Shown piece by piece: positions 29,512 to 38,661 of a stretch of DNA of 53,286 nucleotides (position 1 is its first letter; every line of letters starts with the position of its first letter). The DNA comes from Patescibacteria group bacterium (GTDB taxonomy: Bacteria; Patescibacteriota; Minisyncoccia; Phycocordibacterales; UBA918), in NCBI GenBank assembly GCA_019752815.1, contig JAIELQ010000015.1, forward strand, positions 1 to 53,286. Reading direction: 5' to 3'. The notes below the pieces were generated by a model. That model saw nothing but the letters and a program-made list of their open reading frames with translations, made no database searches and had not been told where the DNA came from. A program made the position numbers and the translations under genes.

Positions 29512-31710
29512 ATGAAACCCACCGACCTCCTCACTGCCCATTTTCGGGTTGATGCCCCGCACCAAAAAGCACTCAAGAAACTTGGTATCGCTACGGTAGC
29601 TGATTTGCTAATGCACCTCCCCGCCCGGTACGAAGATGTGTCGGATATTCAGTCAGTCGGCGGTCTACAAAAAGACCAAGAGGCCATAGTGTTCGGACAA
29701 CTGTCAGGACTAAAGTTACGCAAAGCCTGGAAAAGTAAACGGCCCATAGCCGAAGGGTATATCGAAGACGGTTCCGCCAAAATTAAAATCATGTGGTTTA
29801 ACCAGCCCTACCTCGCAAAAATGTATAGCGACGGGATGTACGTAAAATTGGTGGGAAAAGTAACCGGCAGCGACGGCAAACTGTATATCGCTAATCCCGA
29901 GGTCGAAAAATTGGATGCCCTACCGATTGACCGGCACGATAGTATTTTCAAAGGGACTGACGCGAACATGGACGAGACCATTTATCCGGTGTATCGCGAA
30001 ACCAAGGGAGTAACGAGTAAGTGGTTTTACCACACGGCCCTGAAATGTTTTGAAGCGGGTGTGCTCGAGACCATGACTGACCCTATTCCCCTATCGATAC
30101 TCGAGAAATACAAACTACCAGTTTTAAAAACAGCACTCGTCTGGATTCATTCCCCAAAAAAAGCAGAGCATGCGCAAAGTGCACGAAAGCGATTTGCCTT
30201 TGAAGAAGTATTTTATATCCAAACCCAAAAAGCGATTGACCGAGCTATGGTATCGGCTGCTTCAACGTATCAAGTAAACACTGATCCAAAGCATCTCAAA
30301 CAGTTCACTGACCGTTTTCCGTTTGAATTAACCGAGGCGCAAACGACCTCAATTGCCTCCATCATTGATAGCTTTACCAAAAACCACGCCATGTCGCGGT
30401 TGCTCGAAGGTGATGTAGGCAGTGGTAAGACCGCCGTAGCTGCGACCACTGCCTACGCGGTAGCTACCAGTCGTCCACCCGAAGGGATAAAAAGTGAGAG
30501 CGGTAAAGTAAGCGACCTTGCATTCGGTAACCTCCAGGTAGCGTACATGGCACCCACTGAAATTCTAGCCAAACAACACTTTGAATCGTTTATTGAATAT
30601 TTCAAACACCTACCGATTAACATCGGACTCATTACTGGTTCCGGCTGTCAAAAGTTCCCTAGCAAAAGCAACCCAAATAAGCCGACCCCAATTTCACGGG
30701 CTCAGTTACTAAAATGGGTGAAAAATGGCGAGGTACCGATTTTGATTGGGACCCATGCCCTCATTTATAAGAGTGTAGAATTTAAACATCTTGCCTACGT
30801 CATTATCGACGAACAACACCGCTTTGGAACCAATCAGCGTAAACAGCTGGCCAAAAAAGATGCCCGGATGCCGCACCTACTGTCGATGACCGCCACCCCT
30901 ATTCCTCGTACGCTCGCACTCACTATTTATGGAGATCTTGATATCACCTTGCTCGATCAAATGCCAGCCGGACGAAAACCAATTATTACGGAAATCATCG
31001 GACCGGGACAATCAGCCAAAATGTATGAACATGTACGCAGCGAACTACAATCGGGTCGCCAAGCGTACGTCATCTGCCCACGCATCGAAGAACCTGACCC
31101 CGACAAACAAACTGCCCTGCAGCTAAAGTCTGTGGTGGCGGAAGCCAAACGATTAGCCACTACTGAATTTCGTGATTACACCATCGGCGTGATGCACGGC
31201 AAAATGACGCCAGCTGATAAAGACAAAGTAATGAAGGAATTTGCCGAACACCAACTGGATATTCTCGTGGCTACTTCGGTGGTGGAAGTTGGGGTAAATG
31301 TACCGAACGCCACAAACATTATTATTGAAGGTGCTGAACGGTTTGGATTGTCGCAACTTCACCAACTCCGCGGACGCGTCGTGCGCGGTACCCACCAACC
31401 ATACTGCTTTGCGGTTACCGATAGTAAAGGTGACAAAACCAAAGAACGGCTCAAAGCGCTCGTGACTGCTAAAAATGGATTTGAACTCGCCGAACACGAT
31501 TTGAATTTCCGTGGCTCGGGAGAACTCTATGGTCAAAAACAATCTGGACTATCGGACCTCGGAATGGAAGCAATAAAAAATTTAAAATTGGTTGAAGCCG
31601 CCCGAACTGAAGCTCAGCATCTGGTCGCAACTCCTCCTCATATCGCTAAAGACTTCCCACTGATTGCCGAGCGAGTGGCGAAACTGGGCGAGAGTTTACA
31701 TATGGAATAA
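29512..31710 (+). CDS. recG: ATP-dependent DNA helicase RecG
   Basis: P.RYED wedge domain, LEGDVGSGKT, MAPTEILAKQH, IDEQHRFG, MTATPIPRTL, LHQLRGRV. Confidence 0.97.
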   Translation: MKPTDLLTAHFRVDAPHQKALKKLGIATVADLLMHLPARYEDVSDIQSVGGLQKDQEAIVFGQLSGLKLRKAWKSKRPIAEGYIEDGSAKIKIMWFNQPYLAKMYSDGMYVKLVGKVTGSDGKLYIANPEVEKLDALPIDRHDSIFKGTDANMDETIYPVYRETKGVTSKWFYHTALKCFEAGVLETMTDPIPLSILEKYKLPVLKTALVWIHSPKKAEHAQSARKRFAFEEVFYIQTQKAIDRAMVSAASTYQVNTDPKHLKQFTDRFPFELTEAQTTSIASIIDSFTKNHAMSRLLEGDVGSGKTAVAATTAYAVATSRPPEGIKSESGKVSDLAFGNLQVAYMAPTEILAKQHFESFIEYFKHLPINIGLITGSGCQKFPSKSNPNKPTPISRAQLLKWVKNGEVPILIGTHALIYKSVEFKHLAYVIIDEQHRFGTNQRKQLAKKDARMPHLLSMTATPIPRTLALTIYGDLDITLLDQMPAGRKPIITEIIGPGQSAKMYEHVRSELQSGRQAYVICPRIEEPDPDKQTALQLKSVVAEAKRLATTEFRDYTIGVMHGKMTPADKDKVMKEFAEHQLDILVATSVVEVGVNVPNATNIIIEGAERFGLSQLHQLRGRVVRGTHQPYCFAVTDSKGDKTKERLKALVTAKNGFELAEHDLNFRGSGELYGQKQSGLSDLGMEAIKNLKLVEAARTEAQHLVATPPHIAKDFPLIAERVAKLGESLHME

Positions 31711-32049
31711 CTATACTAGCGCTTTACGATATAAGATTGAAGTACAAAATATAAGCGCTGTGATGATCATTGCAAAAATGCAGACACCTAAAAGTGGGTG
31801 CGTGGTTGGTTGCTCCAAATTAAAAGTATCTACCACCGTTAGTAACGAAATTACTGTAATGCCGAAGCTGTAGAGAGAGTCTAAAATTATAATTACCAAA
31901 CCCCGAGCGCTCCACAGATACACCCTGGATACTTCGGTACGCAACCTTTTACCTCTTTCTAAAAAATTAATTACTTGATATGGAATAAACACTAGAAAAA
32001 TCGCAATAAATACAAAGTAACTTACGTAGGCGGATATCATATAGATCAC
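31711..32049 (-). CDS. Hypothetical membrane protein (112 aa)
   Basis: Three hydrophobic segments; converges exactly on the recG stop. Confidence 0.6.
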   Translation of the reverse strand: MIYMISAYVSYFVFIAIFLVFIPYQVINFLERGKRLRTEVSRVYLWSARGLVIIILDSLYSFGITVISLLTVVDTFNLEQPTTHPLLGVCIFAMIITALIFCTSILYRKALV

Positions 32050-32097
32050 ATAATAACATTACCTCTTAATCTAGATTAATCACCACCCCACAGAAAA

Positions 32098-32120
32098 CGA
32101 CCCCTCATATGGAGGGGTCG
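32098..32120 (-). terminator. Intrinsic terminator
   Basis: CGACCCCTC/GAGGGGTCG stem followed by TTTTC on minus strand. Confidence 0.65.
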
Positions 32121-32169
32121 GAGCATATGCTCAAAAGAGTTGGGGCGAGTGTCTGCCTATTAAATAGCA

Positions 32170-32440
32170 AAAAGGCCAACTCAGGGAGCTGGCCTTTTAA
32201 GGTTCTTGGTAGACTCAGCACCAAAAGAGCGAAGGGCTGCTACCGAGATACTGGATCACCTCCTTTCGACCGGACAATGGCCAGAATATGACGATTGCGC
32301 GGCAGTCCTCACAAATCAAAACGTGGTGGATGTCCGTCAGAATTGGACGGATTCACGCACTCGAAGGCGACGGAACGTTTGACTGAAGTTTTTGAAGATG
32401 ACCTCCTGCAAAGGACTGGAGCAAACGCTGCTTCCAGTTA
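32170..32440 (-). ncRNA. Candidate structured ncRNA containing a 17-nt complement of the 16S rRNA 3' end
   Basis: GAAAGGAGGTGATCCAG at 32251-32267 (minus); hairpins ACTGGA/TCCAGT and TCCGTC/GACGGA; terminator AAAAGGCCA/TGGCCTTTT at 32170-32198; boundaries uncertain. Confidence 0.45.
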
Positions 32441-32552
32441 CTAGTAAACACCCAAACTAATATCTTGGCAAGACAACCGAGGTGACATTGACGCGTTGGG
32501 CGTTTTTTATATCGTTAGAGAAACAAGTTCATTTCTAAACCAGGGGGACCAG

Positions 32553-32747
32553 ATGCATCAACAAGTCGCTGAACTTCGAGAAGTCAAACCACAGAACATG
32601 GTACATGGTTTTGATATCGAAGTGATTCGCCATGACGAGAACTTGCTACAGGGCCAGGTACACGCTGAATTTTTTGTAACTGTTTTGTGCAAATTAATGT
32701 ACTGTGCGATGGCACAAACCCAGATTACCCACAACCAAATGCTCTAA
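32553..32747 (+). CDS. Hypothetical small protein (from MHQQVA)
   Basis: GGGGG SD-like sequence before ATG; no recognisable motif. Confidence 0.35.
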   Translation: MHQQVAELREVKPQNMVHGFDIEVIRHDENLLQGQVHAEFFVTVLCKLMYCAMAQTQITHNQML

Positions 32748-32986
32748 CGTTGCTAGTGACCCGATATGCTTACGCGCATGAATAAGTAGGTATCTCCCTC
32801 AATTCTAATATCGCGATGATCATTCTAAAATGGTACGAGATACTACACGCGGTGGGTGTATTTGAAATCAAAGAAGATGACGTCACTAGCCCGGTGTTAA
32901 TCATCTGGATAAAAAACACCCGAACAGATACTACGTTCACGGCTGTGTATAGACTGGCCACAAAAGTGAATCGGATACATTGAAGC

Positions 32987-33013
32987 AAACGCGGGCTAAG
33001 TAAGCCCGCGTTT
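32987..33013 (+). terminator. Intrinsic terminator
   Basis: AAACGCGGGCT/AGCCCGCGTTT stem with T-run. Confidence 0.65.
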
Positions 33014-33078
33014 TCATATTTAAAACATAAAATCCATTAATTCGACAGTACCTGCATATCGACTTATACTACAGTCCT

Positions 33079-33711
33079 ATGACAACAATAATTGAAAATT
33101 TGAAATGGCGATACGCCACCAAAGGGTTTGATACGAGCAAAGAATTACCCGCTGCGGATTTAGACTATATCTTAGAAGCAGGACGAATGAGCGCGACCTC
33201 ATTTGGATTGCAACCGTTTAAAATTGTAATGGTAACAGATGAAGCAAAGAAGCAAACTCTCATGGGTCATGCCTGGAACCAGGCACATGTCGGTGAAAAT
33301 AGTGCCTTGATTATTCTCGCTGCGCGCACTGATGTGGATGAAGCGATGATCGCAGACTACACCGCTCGCATTGAAGCCACTCGCGGACTACCTGCTGGAG
33401 CGGTTGATGGATACAAGGACATGATGGTAGGTAGTCTCACGAGTCGACCGATTGAACACCGCACCATCTGGGCACAAAAGCAATGTTATATCGCCCTTGG
33501 TACCATGATGATGGCCGCGGCTGAACGTGGTGTTGACAGTTGCCCAATGGAAGGCTTTTCAAGTGAAGGTTTTGACGAAGTACTAGGACTCACAGCACAC
33601 AACCTGACAGCGAGTGTTATTCTACCTGTTGGCTATCACGCCGAAAGTGACGCGACGCAACATTACGCTAAAGTTCGTCGCACTGCTGAAGACATGATTG
33701 TGCGGATGTAA
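33079..33711 (+). CDS. Nitroreductase-family NAD(P)H oxidoreductase
   Basis: WRYATK.FD, SATSFGLQP, W..KQ.YIALG, DSCPMEGF, GY. Confidence 0.93.
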   Translation: MTTIIENLKWRYATKGFDTSKELPAADLDYILEAGRMSATSFGLQPFKIVMVTDEAKKQTLMGHAWNQAHVGENSALIILAARTDVDEAMIADYTARIEATRGLPAGAVDGYKDMMVGSLTSRPIEHRTIWAQKQCYIALGTMMMAAAERGVDSCPMEGFSSEGFDEVLGLTAHNLTASVILPVGYHAESDATQHYAKVRRTAEDMIVRM

Positions 33712-33731
33712 GTTAAAATACAGTAATTGAG

Positions 33732-33766
33732 AAACGGGCGGAGCAATTAATTGCCCCGCCCGTTTT
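33732..33766. terminator. Bidirectional terminator
   Basis: AAACGGGCGG/CCGCCCGTTT stem between convergent genes. Confidence 0.7.
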
Positions 33767-34142
33767 ATGCAATTTCGCTTAGGTCATACACGGTGTACCC
33801 TGCCCAGCGCAGTTCTTTTACCAAAAGTGGCAAGCTATCTGAGATGGCAAGCACCACCTCCCCATACACCGCCGCGAACCACGGCACTTGTACATCTCCG
33901 CTAAACTGGGATTTCCAAAATGCTTTTTCAGAATTAAAGAGTGTTCGAACCTCAACTCTTTTTTGCGATCTTTCAGACGGACTTTTTGGCAACGCCTGCT
34001 GCCGCCAAGATTCGATGATTGCTGTCACAGAAGTCGTAGAAAGACGATCTTTCATAATGTGCTCCCGCTGGTTACTAACTGTTTCTAGTACCAGTATGAC
34101 ACAACTACCAGAAAAAACCTCGCGTTGTACAGAGAGGTCCAA
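33765..34142 (-). CDS. Hypothetical protein (start uncertain)
   Basis: ORF ends at the shared terminator; no motif. Confidence 0.45.
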   Translation of the reverse strand: MDLSVQREVFSGSCVILVLETVSNQREHIMKDRLSTTSVTAIIESWRQQALPKSPSERSQKRVEVRTLFNSEKAFWKSQFSGDVQVPWFAAVYGEVVLAISDSLPLLVKELRWAGYTVYDLSEIA

Positions 34143-34262
34143 ATACTGTATACCCTGCCCTAAATTATTGGGTGTCTTGTAGATACATTACGTATTAAAA
34201 AACCATGTATCGTAATCCGTATTTTGCAAAATGAGTTAGGGCGGGGTATAGTTTTAGCCTAT

Positions 34263-34335
34263 CCATCCATAGCTCAGTTGGTAGAGCGTTCGTCTTATAC
34301 ACGGATGGTCCTTGGTTCGAATCCAAGTGGATGGA
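34263..34335 (+). tRNA. trnI: tRNA-Ile(UAU)
   Basis: CCATCCA/TGGATGG acceptor, TTCGT-CTTATAC-ACGGA anticodon arm (anticodon TAT), CTTGG-TTCGAAT-CCAAG T arm, A73. Confidence 0.92.
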
Positions 34336-34338
34336 CAT

Positions 34339-34998
34339 TTATACTGAATATTTAGTTCTTAAATATTTAATACCCTCTAGGACATATTCATACGTATCTC
34401 GTTCATGGTAAATAACCGAACATGTACCATGCGAAAACATTCCTTTGTAACTTTTGCTTTTTGAAGAAGTTGTTTTTTGATACGATTTATAATAATTTGT
34501 CATTGGAACACCGGTGATTTTTGACCAATATTTTTTGAGCTCTGCTTCATTTTGATCAGTGTATAAATGTAATTTAATCTTTAGACTATTAGGTGTAATT
34601 TTAAATTTGTATAACCAATCCACAAAGCATTTAATTATTGCAGGATCAGTATTTGTTAACGCAATAGAATATTCTGCACTTTTAGTACCTTCGCCCCAAT
34701 ACAAGTAAAATCCAGCTACAAATTCTGGGTCTTTTGAATTTTCTATATCGAAAGCTACTTTTTGGTAAACTGATTTTCTGCGAGCGTCTTTTTTATTTTG
34801 TTTCGTAATTCTATTTTTTTCTATTCGTATCTCACTGTTACTTTGTAATTCAGAAATTCTTTTATCTGAAAGCGGTAAATCTTTGAGCCATCCACTTAAG
34901 GTACTTTTACTAATACCTAATTCAGCTTTAATCATCGAATAACTATGACCTTTAGATCTCAAATTACGAGCTTTTTCTTTTTCAATTGAACGTGCCAT
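34339..34998 (-). CDS. HTH + LAGLIDADG-like domain protein, AT-rich, convergent on tRNA-Ile
   Basis: N-terminal HTH (G.SYS.I..ELGISKSTLS.W) and GFYLYWGEG.K..L.NTDP motif. Confidence 0.7.
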   Translation of the reverse strand: MARSIEKEKARNLRSKGHSYSMIKAELGISKSTLSGWLKDLPLSDKRISELQSNSEIRIEKNRITKQNKKDARRKSVYQKVAFDIENSKDPEFVAGFYLYWGEGTKSAEYSIALTNTDPAIIKCFVDWLYKFKITPNSLKIKLHLYTDQNEAELKKYWSKITGVPMTNYYKSYQKTTSSKSKSYKGMFSHGTCSVIYHERDTYEYVLEGIKYLRTKYSV

Positions 34999-35110
34999 AT
35001 TAATTATATACTTGGCGTTCCCTGGTTCAGTTAATTATACACCTAACTATGAGATTTGTTTGTTTCTATCCCCGTAATAGAACCCTAACCAATCCGGCCT
35101 GAGTGATACA

Positions 35111-36634
35111 ATGAATAAAATGTTTAGTTTTGTTCGTCAACATCATGTACTCACGGGAGGCATTGTTATAGCTATGTTAGCTGGAAGTTATTTTGTATAC
35201 GAGAGAATTAATCGCGACCCACTTGAAGGGCTAGTCACTACGACTATAGAACGTGGGACCGTTGAGAAATTGGTTTCGGTCTCAGGTATAACAAAAGCTC
35301 GAAATACGGCCGAGCTGGGATTTCCATCCCCAGGTACGGTCTCAAAAGTGTACGTACGCGAAGGCGACACTGTTGTGGGAGGAACAATACTAGCAACCTT
35401 GGGAGCAGATGAACTTGTAGCGGCGCGGGCGAGCGCACTTGCGGACCTTGCAGTGGCACAAGCAGATAGAGCTGAATTAGTCACCGGTGACACAATTACA
35501 GAACGAGATATCACCGAGACCAAAGTAGCCATCGCAGAAGCAGAACTAAAACGTATTGAAGAGACGCAGGCAGTTCTGATTGCTAATGCCAAACGGGCCC
35601 TACGTTCCGGAACACCAATTGCTCGCAGTGAGGATGCAGACGAGTCGGCTCCTGCCCCGACTATTTCTGGAACCTATCGCTGCGAGAAAGAAGGTTCGTA
35701 CATCCTCACGGTGTACCGTTCTGGAGCAGATTCAGGTTACTCAATGCGCATTACCGGACTGGAAACTGGCAGTGCAAGCGTATCGACTGACCAACCAACT
35801 CCCTTTGGAACTTGTGGTTTATTTGCACTATTCACTGATGGTGCACAGTATAGTAACTCGGTTTGGACCGTAACAATTCCCAATACCACCGGGGAAAGCT
35901 ACACCATTAACAAAAATGCCTTGGCGGCAGCTGAAAATACAGCCCGCACCAGTATTGCCGCAGCCAAACAAGCACTTACTCTAGCGCAACAAGAACAAGC
36001 TTCGATCAATGCTGCACCTCGGAGCGAAGCCCTAGCGAGAGCTAACGCCCGCATCAATAAAGCCAGCGCCACCATCGCCCAAATTGATGCTCAAATTGGC
36101 GACCGAGCAATTATCGCACCATTTAGCGGCACTGTGACTAAAGTTGACATTGTCGCAGGAGAAACTACCGGCACCCTTCCCCTCTTTACATTACTCTCTA
36201 CCGACGATATCGAATTGAAGGCCCGTATTCCTGAAATTGACATTACAACAATCACCACAGGGCAATCTGCCCGCATCATATTTGACGCTGAGCCATCCAC
36301 ACCACTTTCGGGCGTTGTAACCTATATTTCGCCACTGCCAACTGAAATTGATGGAGTGAGCTATTTTGAAATTACCATCATCTTAAACACCAGACCAGAC
36401 TGGCTCCGTTCTGGATTAAATGCTGATATTGATATCATTACTGAGTTTACCGAAAATTTGTTACGTATACCAAAACGGTATCTTGTCGAAAATAGCGAGG
36501 GAGCGTTTATTCGAGTGTTGCAAGACTCACAAATTGCCACATCTTCTGTACTCAAAGAATACGAAGGGAACGACGGTTGGGTAGGTATTACCGGTGTTGG
36601 CGTTACCGAAGGAATGGTAATTGTAAATCCGTAG
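35111..36634 (+). CDS. Efflux periplasmic adaptor subunit (HlyD/MacA-like)
   Basis: N-terminal TM, G.V..V.V.EGD.V lipoyl half, coiled coil, APFSG.V. Confidence 0.88.
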   Translation: MNKMFSFVRQHHVLTGGIVIAMLAGSYFVYERINRDPLEGLVTTTIERGTVEKLVSVSGITKARNTAELGFPSPGTVSKVYVREGDTVVGGTILATLGADELVAARASALADLAVAQADRAELVTGDTITERDITETKVAIAEAELKRIEETQAVLIANAKRALRSGTPIARSEDADESAPAPTISGTYRCEKEGSYILTVYRSGADSGYSMRITGLETGSASVSTDQPTPFGTCGLFALFTDGAQYSNSVWTVTIPNTTGESYTINKNALAAAENTARTSIAAAKQALTLAQQEQASINAAPRSEALARANARINKASATIAQIDAQIGDRAIIAPFSGTVTKVDIVAGETTGTLPLFTLLSTDDIELKARIPEIDITTITTGQSARIIFDAEPSTPLSGVVTYISPLPTEIDGVSYFEITIILNTRPDWLRSGLNADIDIITEFTENLLRIPKRYLVENSEGAFIRVLQDSQIATSSVLKEYEGNDGWVGITGVGVTEGMVIVNP

Positions 36635-36638
36635 AACT

Positions 36639-37886
36639 ATGAACATATTTCGGATTGGATTATTGCTTGGAATTCGACAAATACAACGAGCCAGTATTTG
36701 GACAAACATCTTAATTGTGTTTGTTATGGCATTAACATTCCTTAATCTTATTGCCGTATCCGGAATTCTCGTGGGACTGATTGTAGGATCTGAGCGCGCT
36801 CTCCAAGAAAAATCACTTGGCGATATCATTGTAACTACCAAAGATAACGAGACCACTATCATTGACACTCCCGCCTTTACACGAGTGCTCGACAGCATCC
36901 CCGAAATACAAGACTATACCGTTCGCTTTAAAGAAGGGGCTCAAGTTGAAGCAAACTACAAAACACGACGTGATTTAAGTCAGGATAAAAATGTTATTTC
37001 AGGGAGCATTGTAGGTATTGACCCCATCAAAGAAGATGCAGTAACTGGGCTATCAACCACGGTTGTTGAGGGTGAGTATCTCGACACTAGTGAAGATGGC
37101 TATCTGCTACTAGGAGCACTTACCCTAGATAGATACACCGCGGGATTTGCTGATATCACCGGTTCACTTGAAAATATCTATCCAGGCGACACAGTTCGAG
37201 TAACGATTGGACAAAATACGAAAGAGTTTTTTGTTAAAGGAATCATTAATGCTAAGGCAGGTGAAGTGTCTCGCTCGATATATATACCTGAGCGTGAATT
37301 GCGACGTCTCGGTAATCGCGTGACGCAAGATGCTGAAGAAATAGCCATTCGCCTGCAAGCAAATACTGACGCAACGATGGTAAAAAATGCCCTGATTAAT
37401 TCAGGACTGGCTGAACAAGCTAAAATCAGAACTTTTAACGAGGCTTTACCTAAATTCTTAGTAGATATCAAAAACACCTTTAATGTACTGGGCACCTTTA
37501 TCGGTTCTATTGGAATTATTGTTGCTTCTATCACCATATTCATTATTATCTTCATTAACGCGCTAGCTCGCCGGCGGTTCATTGGTATTTTAAAAGGTAT
37601 CGGAATTGACCGGACCGCTATTGAAATTGCGTATGTAATTCAAGCTGGTGTCTATGCACTTGCTGGCTCACTAATTGGAGTAGTTATCACCTACGCTATT
37701 CTCATTCCCTACTTTGATGCTAACCCGATTAATTTTCCGTTTAGTGATGGTATTTTAGTCGCTGAACCAATTGGCACTCTTGTTCGCTTCATCACACTAT
37801 TTATCATTACCCTGCTTGCTGGATACATCCCCGCCTGGATGATTGCGCGCGGGAATACGCTTAATGCTATTTTAGGAAGAAAATAA
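36639..37886 (+). CDS. ABC transporter permease (MacB/FtsX-like)
   Basis: TM - large extracellular domain - 3 TM; RR.IGILK.IG. Confidence 0.88.
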   Translation: MNIFRIGLLLGIRQIQRASIWTNILIVFVMALTFLNLIAVSGILVGLIVGSERALQEKSLGDIIVTTKDNETTIIDTPAFTRVLDSIPEIQDYTVRFKEGAQVEANYKTRRDLSQDKNVISGSIVGIDPIKEDAVTGLSTTVVEGEYLDTSEDGYLLLGALTLDRYTAGFADITGSLENIYPGDTVRVTIGQNTKEFFVKGIINAKAGEVSRSIYIPERELRRLGNRVTQDAEEIAIRLQANTDATMVKNALINSGLAEQAKIRTFNEALPKFLVDIKNTFNVLGTFIGSIGIIVASITIFIIIFINALARRRFIGILKGIGIDRTAIEIAYVIQAGVYALAGSLIGVVITYAILIPYFDANPINFPFSDGILVAEPIGTLVRFITLFIITLLAGYIPAWMIARGNTLNAILGRK

Positions 37887-37891
37887 TCACC

Positions 37892-38599
37892 ATGTCACAA
37901 ACATCAACACCTATCATCACCGCAGTCGGGATTACCAAATCATTTGGTTCGGGTGATTTGTTTACGACTATCCTCAAGGGTATCGATGTGACAATTATGC
38001 AGGGAGAATTTGTCGCCATTATGGGTAAATCAGGCGCTGGTAAATCTACACTCATGTACCAACTCTCGGTCCTCGATGAACCAACAAGTGGAACTCTCAC
38101 CATTGCAGGTGAATCAATTGAGCGCAAAAATGAACAAGAGCGAACACAGTTTCGCTTGCAAACTCTCGGGTACGTGTTCCAGGACTATGCGCTCGTACCA
38201 GATCTCAACGCCGAAGAAAATGTAATGATACCGCTCGTGATGCGGGGCATGAATTGGACTGAGGCAAAAACAGTCGCTCAAGCCGCTATTGCTGCAGTCG
38301 GGTTACCGACCAAATACAAAAATCTCCCGAGCGAACTCTCAGGTGGAGAACAGCAACGAATTGCGGTCGCACGCGCCGTAGCTGGCAAGCCAAAAATTCT
38401 GTTTGCAGATGAACCCACCGCTAACCTTGATAGTTTTTCAAGTCAGCAGGTTATTGATTTAATTACGTCCTTGAATCGTGATTTTGGCCAAACCATTGTG
38501 ATGGTAACGCACGAACGAGAATACGCCCTCGGCTGTAACCGTATCATTCACATGGAAGACGGGCTAATCATTCGTGAGGAAATACTGAAACCAATGTAA
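37892..38599 (+). CDS. ABC transporter ATP-binding protein (LolD/MacB-like)
   Basis: GKSGAGKST, LSGGEQQRIAVARA, DEPTANLD, VTHE. Confidence 0.96.
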   Translation: MSQTSTPIITAVGITKSFGSGDLFTTILKGIDVTIMQGEFVAIMGKSGAGKSTLMYQLSVLDEPTSGTLTIAGESIERKNEQERTQFRLQTLGYVFQDYALVPDLNAEENVMIPLVMRGMNWTEAKTVAQAAIAAVGLPTKYKNLPSELSGGEQQRIAVARAVAGKPKILFADEPTANLDSFSSQQVIDLITSLNRDFGQTIVMVTHEREYALGCNRIIHMEDGLIIREEILKPM

Positions 38600-38615
38600 C
38601 ATCACTAATGCAATC

Positions 38616-38647
38616 AAAAAATCGTCGGCACTAAGCCGACGATTTTT
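38616..38647. terminator. Bidirectional terminator
   Basis: AAAAAATCGTCGGC/GCCGACGATTTTT. Confidence 0.75.
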
Positions 38648-38661
38648 ACTGTTGTGTAGTT

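Noticed and set aside
32251-32267. 16S rRNA gene fragment
   Set aside because: Only the terminal 17 nt match; the upstream h44/h45 sequence is absent, so it is treated as an anti-16S motif instead.
32815-32982. 55-aa ORF MIILKWY... before the terminator at 32987
   Set aside because: No SD, -10 box or motif; it cannot be distinguished from a chance ORF.
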